Assembly: GCA_000830315.1 (NCBI GenBank)
Contig: CP010426.1
Coordinates: 60,670-124,669 of the forward strand
Length of the DNA stretch: 64,000 nt
Direction: 5' to 3'
Origin: an archaeon GW2011_AR20
GTDB taxonomy: Archaea; Nanobdellota; Nanobdellia; SCGC-AAA011-G17; GW2011-AR20
The notes under the pieces were generated by a model, which searched no databases, was not told the DNA's origin, and saw nothing but the letters and a program-made list of their open reading frames with translations. Made by a program: the position numbers and the translations under genes. Numbering within the stretch: the first letter of the stretch is position 1; each line of letters starts with the position of its first letter. Positions 1-10,051 of the stretch are shown here, in pieces.

Positions 1-682
1 TACAATTAACTGTACAAGGCAAACGGATTATGCTTCTTGTATTTAAGGTAACACTTGAATCAAGATTTATGTTATTTTTTAATAAATAATTAAGAAGTTC
101 TTTTCTCTTTTCCTTGTAATATAGCTCTCTTTTAATCGGGTCTTTAATGTTGATTTTGGTTTTATCTTTGAAGAATACATGAAAACCCTTTGCCCCTGTA
201 AATCTTATTGATTCTAGATTATAACCCAATTTAGTCATAATTTCTATTAAATTAATTGCGTCTTTTCTTGCATCTTCAAGATTTATATTATCAATATCAA
301 AAACTAAATCGTTGTATAAAAATAAATTATTTGTTAAATTTGGGCTTAATGAACCGATTTTTCTGGGGTTTAACCAAGCAGATGTTGAATAAAAAACAGC
401 TGTCGGTAAATACCTTAATAAATACTTTCTTAAAGTTTTAACATCTCTTATCTGATCATTTATTTTAATTACCCCATCTCTTAAAAAAAACCTGAAATGC
501 CTCCATTTGCTATCTTTTGGCAGATATAGTTCGCAATTTTCATAATATCTTCTTAATTCTTTATCAGACTTGTTAAATAAGATGTTTAATTTATTTACCG
601 CCTTAATTAGCTTATAATAAACTAGGTAATTCCTCAAAAATTCTCTTATCTTATGGGTAAAATAAAGCGATTTTTTTAGCAT
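1..682 (-). CDS. Partial CDS (start at 682, runs off window start): archaeo-eukaryotic primase small subunit (PriS)-like, N-terminal ~227 aa
   Basis: Own reverse-strand translation from ATG at 680-682 is open to position 1 with no stop; absent from supplied ORF track, consistent with edge truncation. Contains LVFDIDNINLED (primase motif I-like DxD) and ~30 aa later FTGAKGFHVFF (motif II-like). Confidence 0.5.
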   Translation of the reverse strand, partial: MLKKSLYFTHKIREFLRNYLVYYKLIKAVNKLNILFNKSDKELRRYYENCELYLPKDSKWRHFRFFLRDGVIKINDQIRDVKTLRKYLLRYLPTAVFYSTSAWLNPRKIGSLSPNLTNNLFLYNDLVFDIDNINLEDARKDAINLIEIMTKLGYNLESIRFTGAKGFHVFFKDKTKINIKDPIKRELYYKEKRKELLNYLLKNNINLDSSVTLNTRSIIRLPCTVNC

Positions 683-683
683 T

Positions 684-1904
684 TTAATATCTTTTTATAT
701 AAATGTAAAATATTATAAATGATATTATTTCTGAAATCAAGGTAGTAATGCTAGCGCCGATATAACTATATCTTGGTATAAAATAAAAATTTAATAGAAT
801 ATTCAGTCCAGCACCAAACAAAATAACATTTCTAACAATCCTTTGTTTATTTATTGAATTTAAAAAAGTTTTAATAATTATATTCAGGGTTATAAAAATG
901 TAAAATATGCTTAATATTCTTAAGGCATTAGTTGCCTGTAAAAATTGTTCGCCATATACTATTAGAATTATTTTATCTGCGAAGATTAATACAAATAAGC
1001 TTATTAAAATGCTTATTAAAAACGCGTATTTTAAAGATTTTTTAAGCAATTTATTTAGTGGTTTTTTTGATCTTTTATGATATAAGGACATTATTGGAAA
1101 TATGGTTTGTGCCAATATCAGGGGTATAAAAGTAGAATGCACTATTAGTCTAGTTACTGCATTATATAACCCTACTGCTGCATTATCTTTTAATAGAAGT
1201 GCTAACATTATTATGTCTATTTTAAAATAAACTAAAGAAAAAATTGTATTTAAACCAAAAGGGAGTGCATTTTTAAATAAATTTTTGGCAAAATTTAGGC
1301 TAAACTTATGCTTTAATCTGAAAAAATATTTCTTGAGTAAGCCATAGTTAATTAAAGCCATAAAAATATTTACGAAAATTGTTGCTGTCGCTAATCCCAC
1401 GATTCCATAACCTAAGGTTATGGAGCCCATATAAAGAACAAATAATAAAATTGCATTAAAAATTTTAGAAAATGCGTTAAACTCCATTTTTTGAAATGCA
1501 TTAAAAATGGAATTAAATGAGCCAGAAATTGAGGAAAATATGAAAGATATTCCAAGTAAATATATCGTTAATGTTGTATCGTAAGGGTTTTTTATTATAT
1601 TTATAAAAATTATTATAAAAAATAATGTCAATATTGATAAGATAACCTTTAGAATTAATAAATTGCTCAAATAAACTTGTGCTCTGTTTTTAAATTTAGA
1701 TATTTCCCTTATTGAGTATGTATTTAATCCTAAATCGGTAAATATCATAAAAAATGATGTAAATGCCAAAGCAAAACCCCATTTACCATAATCGACTACG
1801 CCCAATTTTCTAGCTATGAAAATTGTTATAAGAAAAAATATTAATTTTTCTATTATTGAAGCCGTTAATAATACAAAGTTGTTCTTTAATATCTTATTTT
1901 TCAT
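684..1904 (-). CDS. Polysaccharide biosynthesis / Wzx-like flippase family polytopic membrane protein
   Basis: 406 aa, about 12 hydrophobic segments, organisation typical of MOP-superfamily oligosaccharide flippases; overlaps next gene by 4 nt (operon). Confidence 0.5.
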   Translation of the reverse strand: MKNKILKNNFVLLTASIIEKLIFFLITIFIARKLGVVDYGKWGFALAFTSFFMIFTDLGLNTYSIREISKFKNRAQVYLSNLLILKVILSILTLFFIIIFINIIKNPYDTTLTIYLLGISFIFSSISGSFNSIFNAFQKMEFNAFSKIFNAILLFVLYMGSITLGYGIVGLATATIFVNIFMALINYGLLKKYFFRLKHKFSLNFAKNLFKNALPFGLNTIFSLVYFKIDIIMLALLLKDNAAVGLYNAVTRLIVHSTFIPLILAQTIFPIMSLYHKRSKKPLNKLLKKSLKYAFLISILISLFVLIFADKIILIVYGEQFLQATNALRILSIFYIFITLNIIIKTFLNSINKQRIVRNVILFGAGLNILLNFYFIPRYSYIGASITTLISEIISFIIFYIYIKRY

Positions 1905-3388
1905 TTTGCTTCATAAACATAAACCTTCTTATTATAAACCTCTTTTAAAAAACCACAATTGATCTTATCATAATCATAAACTAAATTAATGTCATTTTTT
2001 TCTAATATTTCTTTCTTGGTTTCACAGTTGGAGTTATAAAACTTATTAACTAATTCTTCATTCCCGCCCCGTAGATTAGATAAAGGCATTGCTACAACAT
2101 AATTCTGGCTTATTGGGTAAACGCCGAAAGCTGTTAATAAATTAGTCATCATTAAATTGTTTTCACCATAATTTTCCCTTACCCATTTCAATGCAAGGTA
2201 ATCATCTTCATTAATAAAATGTAGCGGTAAAAAGCGTTTATCGTCTATTTTATAATAATTATTAAATTGATTTATAAAAATTAATGCAAAAATTAAAATT
2301 ATAATAAATAAAGCTAAACTTTTATCATATTTTTTAATAAAATCGTAAACATTTTCTAGCAGATAATACAGACCAATTCCGGATAATGGCGCTAGGCCGA
2401 TTAATAAATAAAAAAACGCCCTTTGGTAAGGCAAAAACAAAGTAAAATTCAAAATAGAATACATAATTACCAAAACCAGGCAGATTAATGGCCATATCAA
2501 TAGTATTCTATTCAACCTTTTCCTGTAAACATAAATTATTCCGATTACAGCAAATAAAAATGCGATTAAGCCATACATCATAAATATTGAATAATTAAAT
2601 TCAAATGCCCCGGTCCATCCATACCTAAATATAAAAATATTAAATAAATGTTTTAAATTATTCCTGAATAAGAATAAGGCAATAAATATTGGGGCCAATA
2701 AGAGCAGGAAATAAGTACGATTTATTTTTTTTTCTAAAAAAAGATAGATAAATAAGATTAAGGTTATTAATATGGTTGATAGGGGATAAACAAAAATTGA
2801 GGTTATATAAAATAACATGCTTAGGTAATTCAATCTTTTATTTTTATGCAAAAAGCAATAAAAAAACAGATACATTAAAAATATGGAAAAAGTTAATGGA
2901 ACCAAGAACCATATTCCCATCAAATTAACGTTATTCTTGATGCTCAAGAAAAACAAGCTTGACAGGAAAGAAATGTAAAAATTATTGGTTAATAATAAAA
3001 TCAGCAAAATCAATCCAAGAAGATAAATAATGGTAAATATTGCAGGCAAATATTGGTAATTTAAAATTGGGTCTGTGTTTGTTAGGGTAAAAAATTGTGC
3101 TAGAAAACTATGAAATCCAGATTCTAGATTAAGCTTTGGCCTCGAATCCTTAATATAAGGATTTAATTCGGGAATTTTTTGGTTTTTCATTAAATAAACA
3201 GTTTGGGCCAAGTGTGTCCATTCATCCCCGTGCAGAGGATATTGATAGTAATTGTTTTCTTTTTGGACAATAAAATCCGGTTCATGCGGGTCTTGGTAAT
3301 AATAACCATAATCTAGATGAACTTTATAAACTAAAAAAAATACGAATGGTATTAAGATAATTAAGAGTAATTTATGATAATTTTTCAT
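1901..3388 (-). CDS. Polytopic membrane protein, possible GT-C-type glycosyltransferase
   Basis: 495 aa, many TM helices, acidic HGDEW motif in first extracytoplasmic loop, translationally coupled to the flippase-like gene. Confidence 0.3.
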   Translation of the reverse strand: MKNYHKLLLIILIPFVFFLVYKVHLDYGYYYQDPHEPDFIVQKENNYYQYPLHGDEWTHLAQTVYLMKNQKIPELNPYIKDSRPKLNLESGFHSFLAQFFTLTNTDPILNYQYLPAIFTIIYLLGLILLILLLTNNFYISFLSSLFFLSIKNNVNLMGIWFLVPLTFSIFLMYLFFYCFLHKNKRLNYLSMLFYITSIFVYPLSTILITLILFIYLFLEKKINRTYFLLLLAPIFIALFLFRNNLKHLFNIFIFRYGWTGAFEFNYSIFMMYGLIAFLFAVIGIIYVYRKRLNRILLIWPLICLVLVIMYSILNFTLFLPYQRAFFYLLIGLAPLSGIGLYYLLENVYDFIKKYDKSLALFIIILIFALIFINQFNNYYKIDDKRFLPLHFINEDDYLALKWVRENYGENNLMMTNLLTAFGVYPISQNYVVAMPLSNLRGGNEELVNKFYNSNCETKKEILEKNDINLVYDYDKINCGFLKEVYNKKVYVYEAK

Positions 3389-3436
3389 GCTTGAATGATA
3401 AGTAGATTTTTATATAAATATTGCGAAAAAAAAAGG

Positions 3437-3444
3437 TTTATATA
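3437..3444 (+). promoter_or_regulatory. Candidate archaeal TATA box upstream of surface-protein gene
   Basis: TTTATATA about 32-39 nt upstream of ATG at 3476 in a divergent intergenic region. Confidence 0.3.
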
Positions 3445-3475
3445 TGGGGTTGTTTAATAAAGTCTAGTGATATAA

Positions 3476-5833
3476 ATGAAAAAATGGCTTTTAATATTTA
3501 TTGTTATGCTAGTTTCTCTTTATAATGTGGGTGCTGCGTTGCCAGATGTAAGTTTAAGTGCGAGTGCTTACGGAGACTACGTTGTCCTAAGATGGTCATA
3601 TGAAATAATAGAGCAAAGCCCTTATGGAAGTTATGGTGTTGAGCAAGGTTATTATGAAGAAGGTGGCGCTTCAACAGCCCAAAGACCGACTATAAATTAT
3701 TTCATTGCGAATCCAACATCTATATCAAACCCAAACCAATCCGTTTATCTTTCATGGTCTGTTGATCAAGCTGATTCGTGTACAGGCTCCGGTCCCGGAT
3801 TCACAGGTTCAAAAGCAGTAGGAGATGAAGTACAAAGCGTTACTCCAACCTCAACAACAAATTATACTTTAACATGTACGAATTCGGCTGGAAGTATTTC
3901 TAGGTCCATTAATATTATTGTTTCTTATGGGAGTTATGGCGGAAGTTATGGCACAACCCAAGCAATAAGAAAAATAACAAGCAATGCAGTTTTAGATAAT
4001 ATAAAAGATCTTTTCTCAAGATTAATAGATGCTATAAAAAATCTGCTTGGACTGCAGACCGCTGGTTCTGCAATAAACTACGATTTCGAGATTTATAGAA
4101 ACTCTCAATTAATCGCATCAGGTGATAAATATGAGTTCAATTGTGAAAGCAATCAATGTAGTTATAGGGATAATCGCTTAAGAAACGAAAACTACAATTA
4201 TTATGTTAAAATTAAAAACGTTGAAGGGACCGAATCAAGAAATTCTAATTCAATTAATGTAATAATAAATTTCGATAGTGGGGGCGAGACAGCTCCGAGT
4301 CCAGGTATCCCCCCTCCAAGAATAACGATAGCGAGTGTTGATGAGGATAACGATGAACCTTATGAAACAACAAACTTTATGCCGAGAATTAGTTTAAATA
4401 CAGATGAGTCTGCTAATTGTAAAATTTCTCTCGCTGACATTTCATATACAAACATGGTTCATTCATGCCCAAACAATGAGCTGAAAACAAGCCATATTTG
4501 CAATTCTCCTGAAAACTTAAGTTTGGGAGAGAAGATTCTTTATGTAGCATGCCAAGACGAATCTGGAAATTCAAACAATGAAACAAATAACAAAGAAGTT
4601 AGATTTACAATCATCAATAGAACTTCAGTAGCATCAACGAGTTTAGAGAATATAGAAGTTTATCCAAGTGCGTTTTTGATGGAAATTGGCTCTTCAAGAT
4701 TATTAAAGTTCAATGACCCGCAAGTTACTTCAGCTTATGGGACTAATGAAAGTTTAAATTATGTGTGGTCAAAAGAAGGGGTAAGCTGTAATGTATTAAA
4801 TGGAATGGTTTCTGCATTGAAAGAAGGGAATTGTAAAGTCATAATAAATAACCGCGATAGGAGTGCAAATGGGATATCTCATGTAAAAGTTATAAACAGA
4901 TCCATTTACAGTCAAATGATAGTGTTCTCCTACGATAAAAATGAATTAACCTTTAATGATAACACAACCATTCAGCTGAACTTATCAAAAAATATCAGCG
5001 GCGGGATAATAATTAAATTTTATAATACAAGTCCTGTCGGAACACCAAATAATCTAAAACTCTTGAACAAATACTTGCTGATAGAGGCAGATGATTTGAT
5101 AACAAATAACCTTAATAATGTGGTCCTATCAATGACCTATAATAAAGTCTTCTTAAACAACAATAACATAAACGAGGATTTATTAAAAACTTATTATTAT
5201 AGTGACCTAAATGATGAGTGGATAGGATATTCTAGTTCTATAGACAAGAATTCAATGCGGGTTTCTATAGGATTAAATCACTTGTCATTATTCGGCTTGT
5301 TTGGGCAAACCGAATCATCATCACAGGGAGGGGAAGGAGGGAATGCGGGGGGTGCAGGAGGAGAAGGAAGATGCATAGAACAGTGGTCATGTGGATCATG
5401 GGGTCCTTGTATAAACAACCAGCAAAGAAGAACATGCGCTGATTTAAATAGCTGCAACAACAGGAACCCAAGAATAGCAAAGCCGGTGGGATACACTTCA
5501 TGTTCCCAAGGAGATGACTTTCTACAAAATCAGCCGAGTGAAGAATCTGATGTCAGGAACATCTTTGGCGAGACTCCCCAACCATCGGAAGAAAAAAATA
5601 ATTTAATTAATTATCTAATAATATCTCTACTACTGGCAGGAGCAATAGTTTTTGTATTTAGAAAGAGAATATTCAGGAAAAAAACCGGAATTGCTGATAA
5701 TAACTTAGATGCCATAATTGGGTTAGTAAAAAGAATAAGAGCAAGAGGGTATAGTGATGATGAAATTAAGCAAAAATTGTATGACGAGGGCTTTAATCAG
5801 AAGCAGGTAGAAAAAATATTCAGGAAATTATGA
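3476..5833 (+). CDS. Large secreted cell-surface protein with N-terminal signal peptide, Gly-rich linker, Cys-rich module and C-terminal TM anchor with basic tail
   Basis: 785 aa; MKKWLLIFIVMLVSLYNVGAA signal; GGEGGNAGGAGGEG linker; CIEQWSCGSWGPC...C module; C-terminal LINYLIISLLLAGAIVFVFRKR. Confidence 0.5.
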   Translation: MKKWLLIFIVMLVSLYNVGAALPDVSLSASAYGDYVVLRWSYEIIEQSPYGSYGVEQGYYEEGGASTAQRPTINYFIANPTSISNPNQSVYLSWSVDQADSCTGSGPGFTGSKAVGDEVQSVTPTSTTNYTLTCTNSAGSISRSINIIVSYGSYGGSYGTTQAIRKITSNAVLDNIKDLFSRLIDAIKNLLGLQTAGSAINYDFEIYRNSQLIASGDKYEFNCESNQCSYRDNRLRNENYNYYVKIKNVEGTESRNSNSINVIINFDSGGETAPSPGIPPPRITIASVDEDNDEPYETTNFMPRISLNTDESANCKISLADISYTNMVHSCPNNELKTSHICNSPENLSLGEKILYVACQDESGNSNNETNNKEVRFTIINRTSVASTSLENIEVYPSAFLMEIGSSRLLKFNDPQVTSAYGTNESLNYVWSKEGVSCNVLNGMVSALKEGNCKVIINNRDRSANGISHVKVINRSIYSQMIVFSYDKNELTFNDNTTIQLNLSKNISGGIIIKFYNTSPVGTPNNLKLLNKYLLIEADDLITNNLNNVVLSMTYNKVFLNNNNINEDLLKTYYYSDLNDEWIGYSSSIDKNSMRVSIGLNHLSLFGLFGQTESSSQGGEGGNAGGAGGEGRCIEQWSCGSWGPCINNQQRRTCADLNSCNNRNPRIAKPVGYTSCSQGDDFLQNQPSEESDVRNIFGETPQPSEEKNNLINYLIISLLLAGAIVFVFRKRIFRKKTGIADNNLDAIIGLVKRIRARGYSDDEIKQKLYDEGFNQKQVEKIFRKL

Positions 5834-6276
5834 AAAAAGGTTTTATCTTTTCATTGGATTCATTTTTTGCAATAATATTATTCACATTAGTTATATTTTT
5901 GATTTATGTATTCTCAATAAATTCCTTCGGATTGAACCAGCAGTATTTTTTTTCTGAAGACTTGCTTACAACGCTTTCAAATGTAAAGATAAGCGAGCTC
6001 GATTTATCAAATTATCCCGACATAAATAGTATGGTATCATCTGGAAAAATAAATTACACAGAAGCAACAATTGTAGAACAGATAGTAAATTTCCAGCTGA
6101 ATGATGATCAGGAATCTTCAAACCTTTTCATTGACGACATATTTATCAAAGTAGCTGATGAGAGTCTAAAAACAGCCATTTTCATAGGAAATGTTAAAAT
6201 TTATGGGGCAGATCCTGAAAACGTAAAGAATTTATTGTCAAGAACAAGGTTGGCGATTGGTAAAAAAAATTCTTAA
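5830..6276 (+). CDS. Small N-terminally anchored protein, possible class-III-signal (pilin-like) protein
   Basis: 148 aa; MKKG followed by hydrophobic FIFSLDSFFAIILFTLVIFLIYVF; start overlaps upstream gene stop. Confidence 0.3.
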   Translation: MKKGFIFSLDSFFAIILFTLVIFLIYVFSINSFGLNQQYFFSEDLLTTLSNVKISELDLSNYPDINSMVSSGKINYTEATIVEQIVNFQLNDDQESSNLFIDDIFIKVADESLKTAIFIGNVKIYGADPENVKNLLSRTRLAIGKKNS

Positions 6277-6281
6277 AAAAA

Positions 6282-7223
6282 TCAGCATTCAGTCCTGTCA
6301 TAATAATCAATGTGTTGAGTATCTAATTTGAAATTGCTTGGCATTCCAAATACACAAGAACCAACAACCCCATTTAAATATTGATAATCTAAACTTGAAA
6401 GCCCGGAAGGATTTGAATAATAATTTGGATCGAGAATGCTCTCAATTCCATTCGAACTTGGTGTGAAATCCCCTTCTAATCTAACTAAAAAACTCGGTGC
6501 ATTTGAGTTTGCCCTGAAATAAACTTTTTTGATGTGATCATTAAAATCATTGATGTCTGAAAAATCACCATATGGGGTTTTTCTTATTCTTACCCCGAAT
6601 TTGCCAAGTTCTGGCTCAATTAGGTAAAATGGATCGCGATAATTTTCAACATTTAGGGTAGAGTAGATATTTGCATTGTTTATTTCCCAACTAACTTCAT
6701 TTTTGATATCACTTACTCTGTACTTAAAGTTCATGCTAACCTTCAAAGTCCATGGTGTTTCATGACTAATCGTTAAAGAATTAATTGCATTATCAACATC
6801 CTCTTGCGTATATTCAAGAGTCGCACCTTGCTGTTCTGCCAAAAGTCTTATTTCATTTAAGGTATTGTTTAATGTATAATCCAAAGAACCCTGAAACATA
6901 GATTCCTGTATCCCCCCGCCATATCTACCGTTGCTTATTACCTGTTTAAGATAATCTAACGAATCCGGCGCATAAGAATTATTTGATTCATAGTCCAGCA
7001 ATGATATAATAGCCTGATTTGAGGAGGCCCCCAGTGCATCTGGAAGATATGTTGAATTCAGGTTCTTAACAAAGCTGTTCAGAGTTTCAACTTTTACATT
7101 AACAGTCTGGATTTTAGTCTGGAATCTATTATTGACATTAATCAAAAAGATAATGATTACTATAGACAAGAGAATTACGACAATAAATGTAAATACAATC
7201 CCTTTTTTGTTCACGAAATCCAT
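6282..7223 (-). CDS. Hypothetical N-terminally membrane-anchored extracellular protein
   Basis: 313 aa; MDFVNKKG + hydrophobic helix; last gene of a 3-gene minus-strand operon (8522 to 6282). Confidence 0.4.
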   Translation of the reverse strand: MDFVNKKGIVFTFIVVILLSIVIIIFLINVNNRFQTKIQTVNVKVETLNSFVKNLNSTYLPDALGASSNQAIISLLDYESNNSYAPDSLDYLKQVISNGRYGGGIQESMFQGSLDYTLNNTLNEIRLLAEQQGATLEYTQEDVDNAINSLTISHETPWTLKVSMNFKYRVSDIKNEVSWEINNANIYSTLNVENYRDPFYLIEPELGKFGVRIRKTPYGDFSDINDFNDHIKKVYFRANSNAPSFLVRLEGDFTPSSNGIESILDPNYYSNPSGLSSLDYQYLNGVVGSCVFGMPSNFKLDTQHIDYYDRTEC

Positions 7224-8185
7224 GATTTTATCTTTAAATAAACTGTATTTAATAATTCAGAATTAAAAGGATAGCATTGATCTATACACGGGGGGTTCTC
7301 ATTGTTTAGAGTTAAGGTACTTTCATCATCATTAAAATTGCCCAAAGAGTCGAATCCATATGCCTTTATTTTAAATTCCATATTATCACATTTTCTACTG
7401 TCCCAATCAAACCGAAAGTCGTATGCGCCTGTTCTCGGGGCACTTACATCTTGGCTAAACAACAGGTTACAATTTTTTGTACCCGAGCATCTAAAAGAGC
7501 AGTAATCATTGCTAGTTGGGTTATTCATATTCACGGGCTTAAATTCATCTGTTCTTGGATCTTTTTTAAATAGATATATTTCCCCCTTAGCAACTTCTTG
7601 CAAACTTTGAACGCGGGCATTTAAGGGAATTATATTATTTGTTCCTGTTGCTGTTAAAACAACTGCCGGATTAATTTGAATGCAGTTGGTTGCTTTAATA
7701 TTGCTTGATCTTAAATCCGAGGTCGTTGCTGTAAAACATTCGGTGTCTCCTCCAGTTGATGAAACAGTATAACTAAATTTCCTTAAACAAGTTGTTTCGT
7801 CTTTTGCGCAGTTTGATGTTCTTGCTTTTTGACCGCTTAAATCAGTTCCTTCCAAAAGCTGCATCTCATCTGTTTTATCTCCACTTAAGTGGGCTATAAC
7901 AGTAATCTCAACGGTTGCTCCAGGATTTGCTTTTGCAGCTGTGATAATCTCTATGCTACCACAAGATCCACAATCAGAATCGCATGGAGAGCATTTTCCG
8001 TAACTTTGCATGTCGCAAGCACCCCAGTCACCATAAGTCTGTGGACAAAACCCATCCTTTATAAAATTACAGTCAACATCGTAGTCAGCGCATATTTGAA
8101 CCCCCGTACAAATGGCAGATTCTGCAGAGCCCATATAAAACAAGCTGATAAAAATGACCAATGAGACAATTATCGGTCCTTTCAT
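7211..8185 (-). CDS. Cysteine-rich secreted protein
   Basis: 324 aa; signal peptide MKGPIIVSLVIFISLFYMGSAESA; numerous Cys; 13-nt overlap with downstream gene. Confidence 0.4.
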   Translation of the reverse strand: MKGPIIVSLVIFISLFYMGSAESAICTGVQICADYDVDCNFIKDGFCPQTYGDWGACDMQSYGKCSPCDSDCGSCGSIEIITAAKANPGATVEITVIAHLSGDKTDEMQLLEGTDLSGQKARTSNCAKDETTCLRKFSYTVSSTGGDTECFTATTSDLRSSNIKATNCIQINPAVVLTATGTNNIIPLNARVQSLQEVAKGEIYLFKKDPRTDEFKPVNMNNPTSNDYCSFRCSGTKNCNLLFSQDVSAPRTGAYDFRFDWDSRKCDNMEFKIKAYGFDSLGNFNDDESTLTLNNENPPCIDQCYPFNSELLNTVYLKIKSWIS

Positions 8186-8186
8186 T

Positions 8187-8522
8187 TTAACACAATTCCC
8201 TTAACCCTTGATTAACTATTTTATTGCAATTTTTTAAGGCTAAATTAACTTGGTCGAGGCATGATTGTTTTGTTGCATCGGATTTTATTTCATTACATCT
8301 GTCGATATTACCTTCGGCAACTGCCAAGTTTATGGTTGATGAATAACAGCCATATAGGCATGCCTCTGTTTTGCAAGTTTCGCCGCACGATTTCTGAACA
8401 GTAGTTTCCCCGCCTAAATCGGTTTTCTCTTGAACGTTAAGATTTTTTAAGTAGCTTATAACAATAAGTACAACAACTAATGCTACCAGAAATATAATTA
8501 AGTTATTATACTTTTTATTCAA
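8187..8522 (-). CDS. Small Cys-rich membrane-anchored protein
   Basis: 111 aa; N-terminal TM helix; 8 Cys; stop abuts next gene start. Confidence 0.35.
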   Translation of the reverse strand: MNKKYNNLIIFLVALVVVLIVISYLKNLNVQEKTDLGGETTVQKSCGETCKTEACLYGCYSSTINLAVAEGNIDRCNEIKSDATKQSCLDQVNLALKNCNKIVNQGLRELC

Positions 8523-8624
8523 TATATCACCTCTAAATTTTAGTAGGTTTAGTTACTATTTAAATATTATTGTTTGGTTCAAATTACGATTAATTTATAT
8601 ATTTTTAGGTTTAATTAGATATAT

Positions 8625-9485
8625 ATGAATTTGTTGCAAAAACTTGCATTATATGGATTAACGATCGGGGGTTTAAGCGGATTATTTTATAATAAAGCCG
8701 ATTCCCAGATTATTAATCATCATAAGAATAAGTTAGAGCATATTGTCAGCAATCATAATTCCTTTAATTTTAGCAATAATCTAGAAGATGGGCTGGAAGA
8801 ACAGGATGTCTTGTATCTTAAAAATGGAAGTATAATACGCGGCAAAATTATTGAGATGCTGCCGGATAAAACTGTAAAAATTAGAACTGCAGACGGAAGC
8901 TTATTTGTCTATCAAATGACCGAGGTTGAAAAAATTGTAATGGAAGAAGCTAAAAAAGAGGAAACAGCACCGGCGAAATACGCGGAAGATACAATGAAAA
9001 AAGAGGAAGTGCCAGACAAAATGTACAATACCCAAATCTCATTTGGCTATGGCAATTCATTCGGCGGTTTTGGTGCATCCTTGCAGGGAGAGCTGTCAGA
9101 AAATATTTCGGTGCACGCTGGGGGAGGATATTTTCCCCTGTCCAAGATTTACAGCAATGCAAAAGACATGTTCATGGTCGCGGGAGGAATTAAAATATAT
9201 TTCAATAAAAAATCTCCCGCAAGGTTTTTTCTTGATTCGCAATTTGGAATGCTTGGAGGCGAATACAAAGAAACAACAACTTATTCTGGAAGAACAACGA
9301 CAAGCAACAAAGAGCAACAGGCATTATACGGACCGGGTGCTTTATTGGGGGGAGAAATTTTTCTTGGCGACGGCGCTTTTGGCTTATTATTTGCAGGAGG
9401 CGCTTCTTACAATCTCGCTAAAATAACTTGGAAAGAAATCGGGGTTGTTGGAGCCCTTGATTTGGGACTGGCTGTAAGATTTTAG
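8625..9485 (+). CDS. Secreted Gly-rich beta-rich protein (bacterial-type signal peptide)
   Basis: 286 aa; MNLLQKLALYGLTIGGLSGLF signal; Gly/aromatic-rich C-terminal half; TATA-like TTTATATAT at 8594-8602. Confidence 0.4.
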   Translation: MNLLQKLALYGLTIGGLSGLFYNKADSQIINHHKNKLEHIVSNHNSFNFSNNLEDGLEEQDVLYLKNGSIIRGKIIEMLPDKTVKIRTADGSLFVYQMTEVEKIVMEEAKKEETAPAKYAEDTMKKEEVPDKMYNTQISFGYGNSFGGFGASLQGELSENISVHAGGGYFPLSKIYSNAKDMFMVAGGIKIYFNKKSPARFFLDSQFGMLGGEYKETTTYSGRTTTSNKEQQALYGPGALLGGEIFLGDGAFGLLFAGGASYNLAKITWKEIGVVGALDLGLAVRF

Positions 9486-9559
9486 TCTGCTCTTTTAATA
9501 ATTTTAAAAAGATTTGTTCAAAAAGTTAAGCTTATATATTTTTGCACCTGTAATTCAAT

Positions 9560-10051
9560 ATGGTTCTGATGAGAAAACTAACTTTGCTTGGATTAATGAC
9601 AGCGGGTTTAAGTGGAATTCCATCTTGCTCTGAAAAAAGCACAACTACTACAGAAAACAGTAACACTGAAACAACAAAACGCGAATACAAGCATGTTGTA
9701 TTTAAAGCTTTATGCAGAGACGAAAGCGAAAACAGGGATAGGGGATTAGTTTTAACCGTCATGATTTTTGACGAAGCATCAAACAATAGAATAGAGCTAG
9801 GAGGTACGGGATCAAATGGAGGCTATTGCTCAATAAAATTGGATATAAGTGGTAGCTATCGTATAGAACTTTTTGAATATATTAATAACCAAAGAAAATG
9901 TGTTGCACAAATTAAAAACTTTAATTATAATAATTATCCCAGCTACTGGTCAGATAATTGCGATGCGGGATATTCTGGAAGCGCCCCCATACTTTACGGT
10001 TTTGAATCATGCTATAATATTTCTGCAATCAATGGTTGCTGGGGTCAGTAA
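9560..10051 (+). CDS. Putative lipoprotein
   Basis: 163 aa; signal peptide ending in lipobox-like GIPSC. Confidence 0.35.
   Translation: MVLMRKLTLLGLMTAGLSGIPSCSEKSTTTTENSNTETTKREYKHVVFKALCRDESENRDRGLVLTVMIFDEASNNRIELGGTGSNGGYCSIKLDISGSYRIELFEYINNQRKCVAQIKNFNYNNYPSYWSDNCDAGYSGSAPILYGFESCYNISAINGCWGQ

Noticed and set aside
256-441. 61-aa plus-strand ORF
   Set aside because: Sits antisense inside the longer primase-like minus-strand frame; no start context.
5320-5375. GGAGG/GGGGG-rich tract that could be mistaken for a repeat or G-quadruplex element
   Set aside because: It is in frame within the surface-protein CDS and encodes the GGEGGNAGGAGGEG linker.
5265-5501. ORFs 5265-5501 and 5278-5496 on the minus strand
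   Set aside because: Lie entirely antisense within the Gly-rich part of the 785-aa surface-protein gene; low-complexity antisense artefacts.
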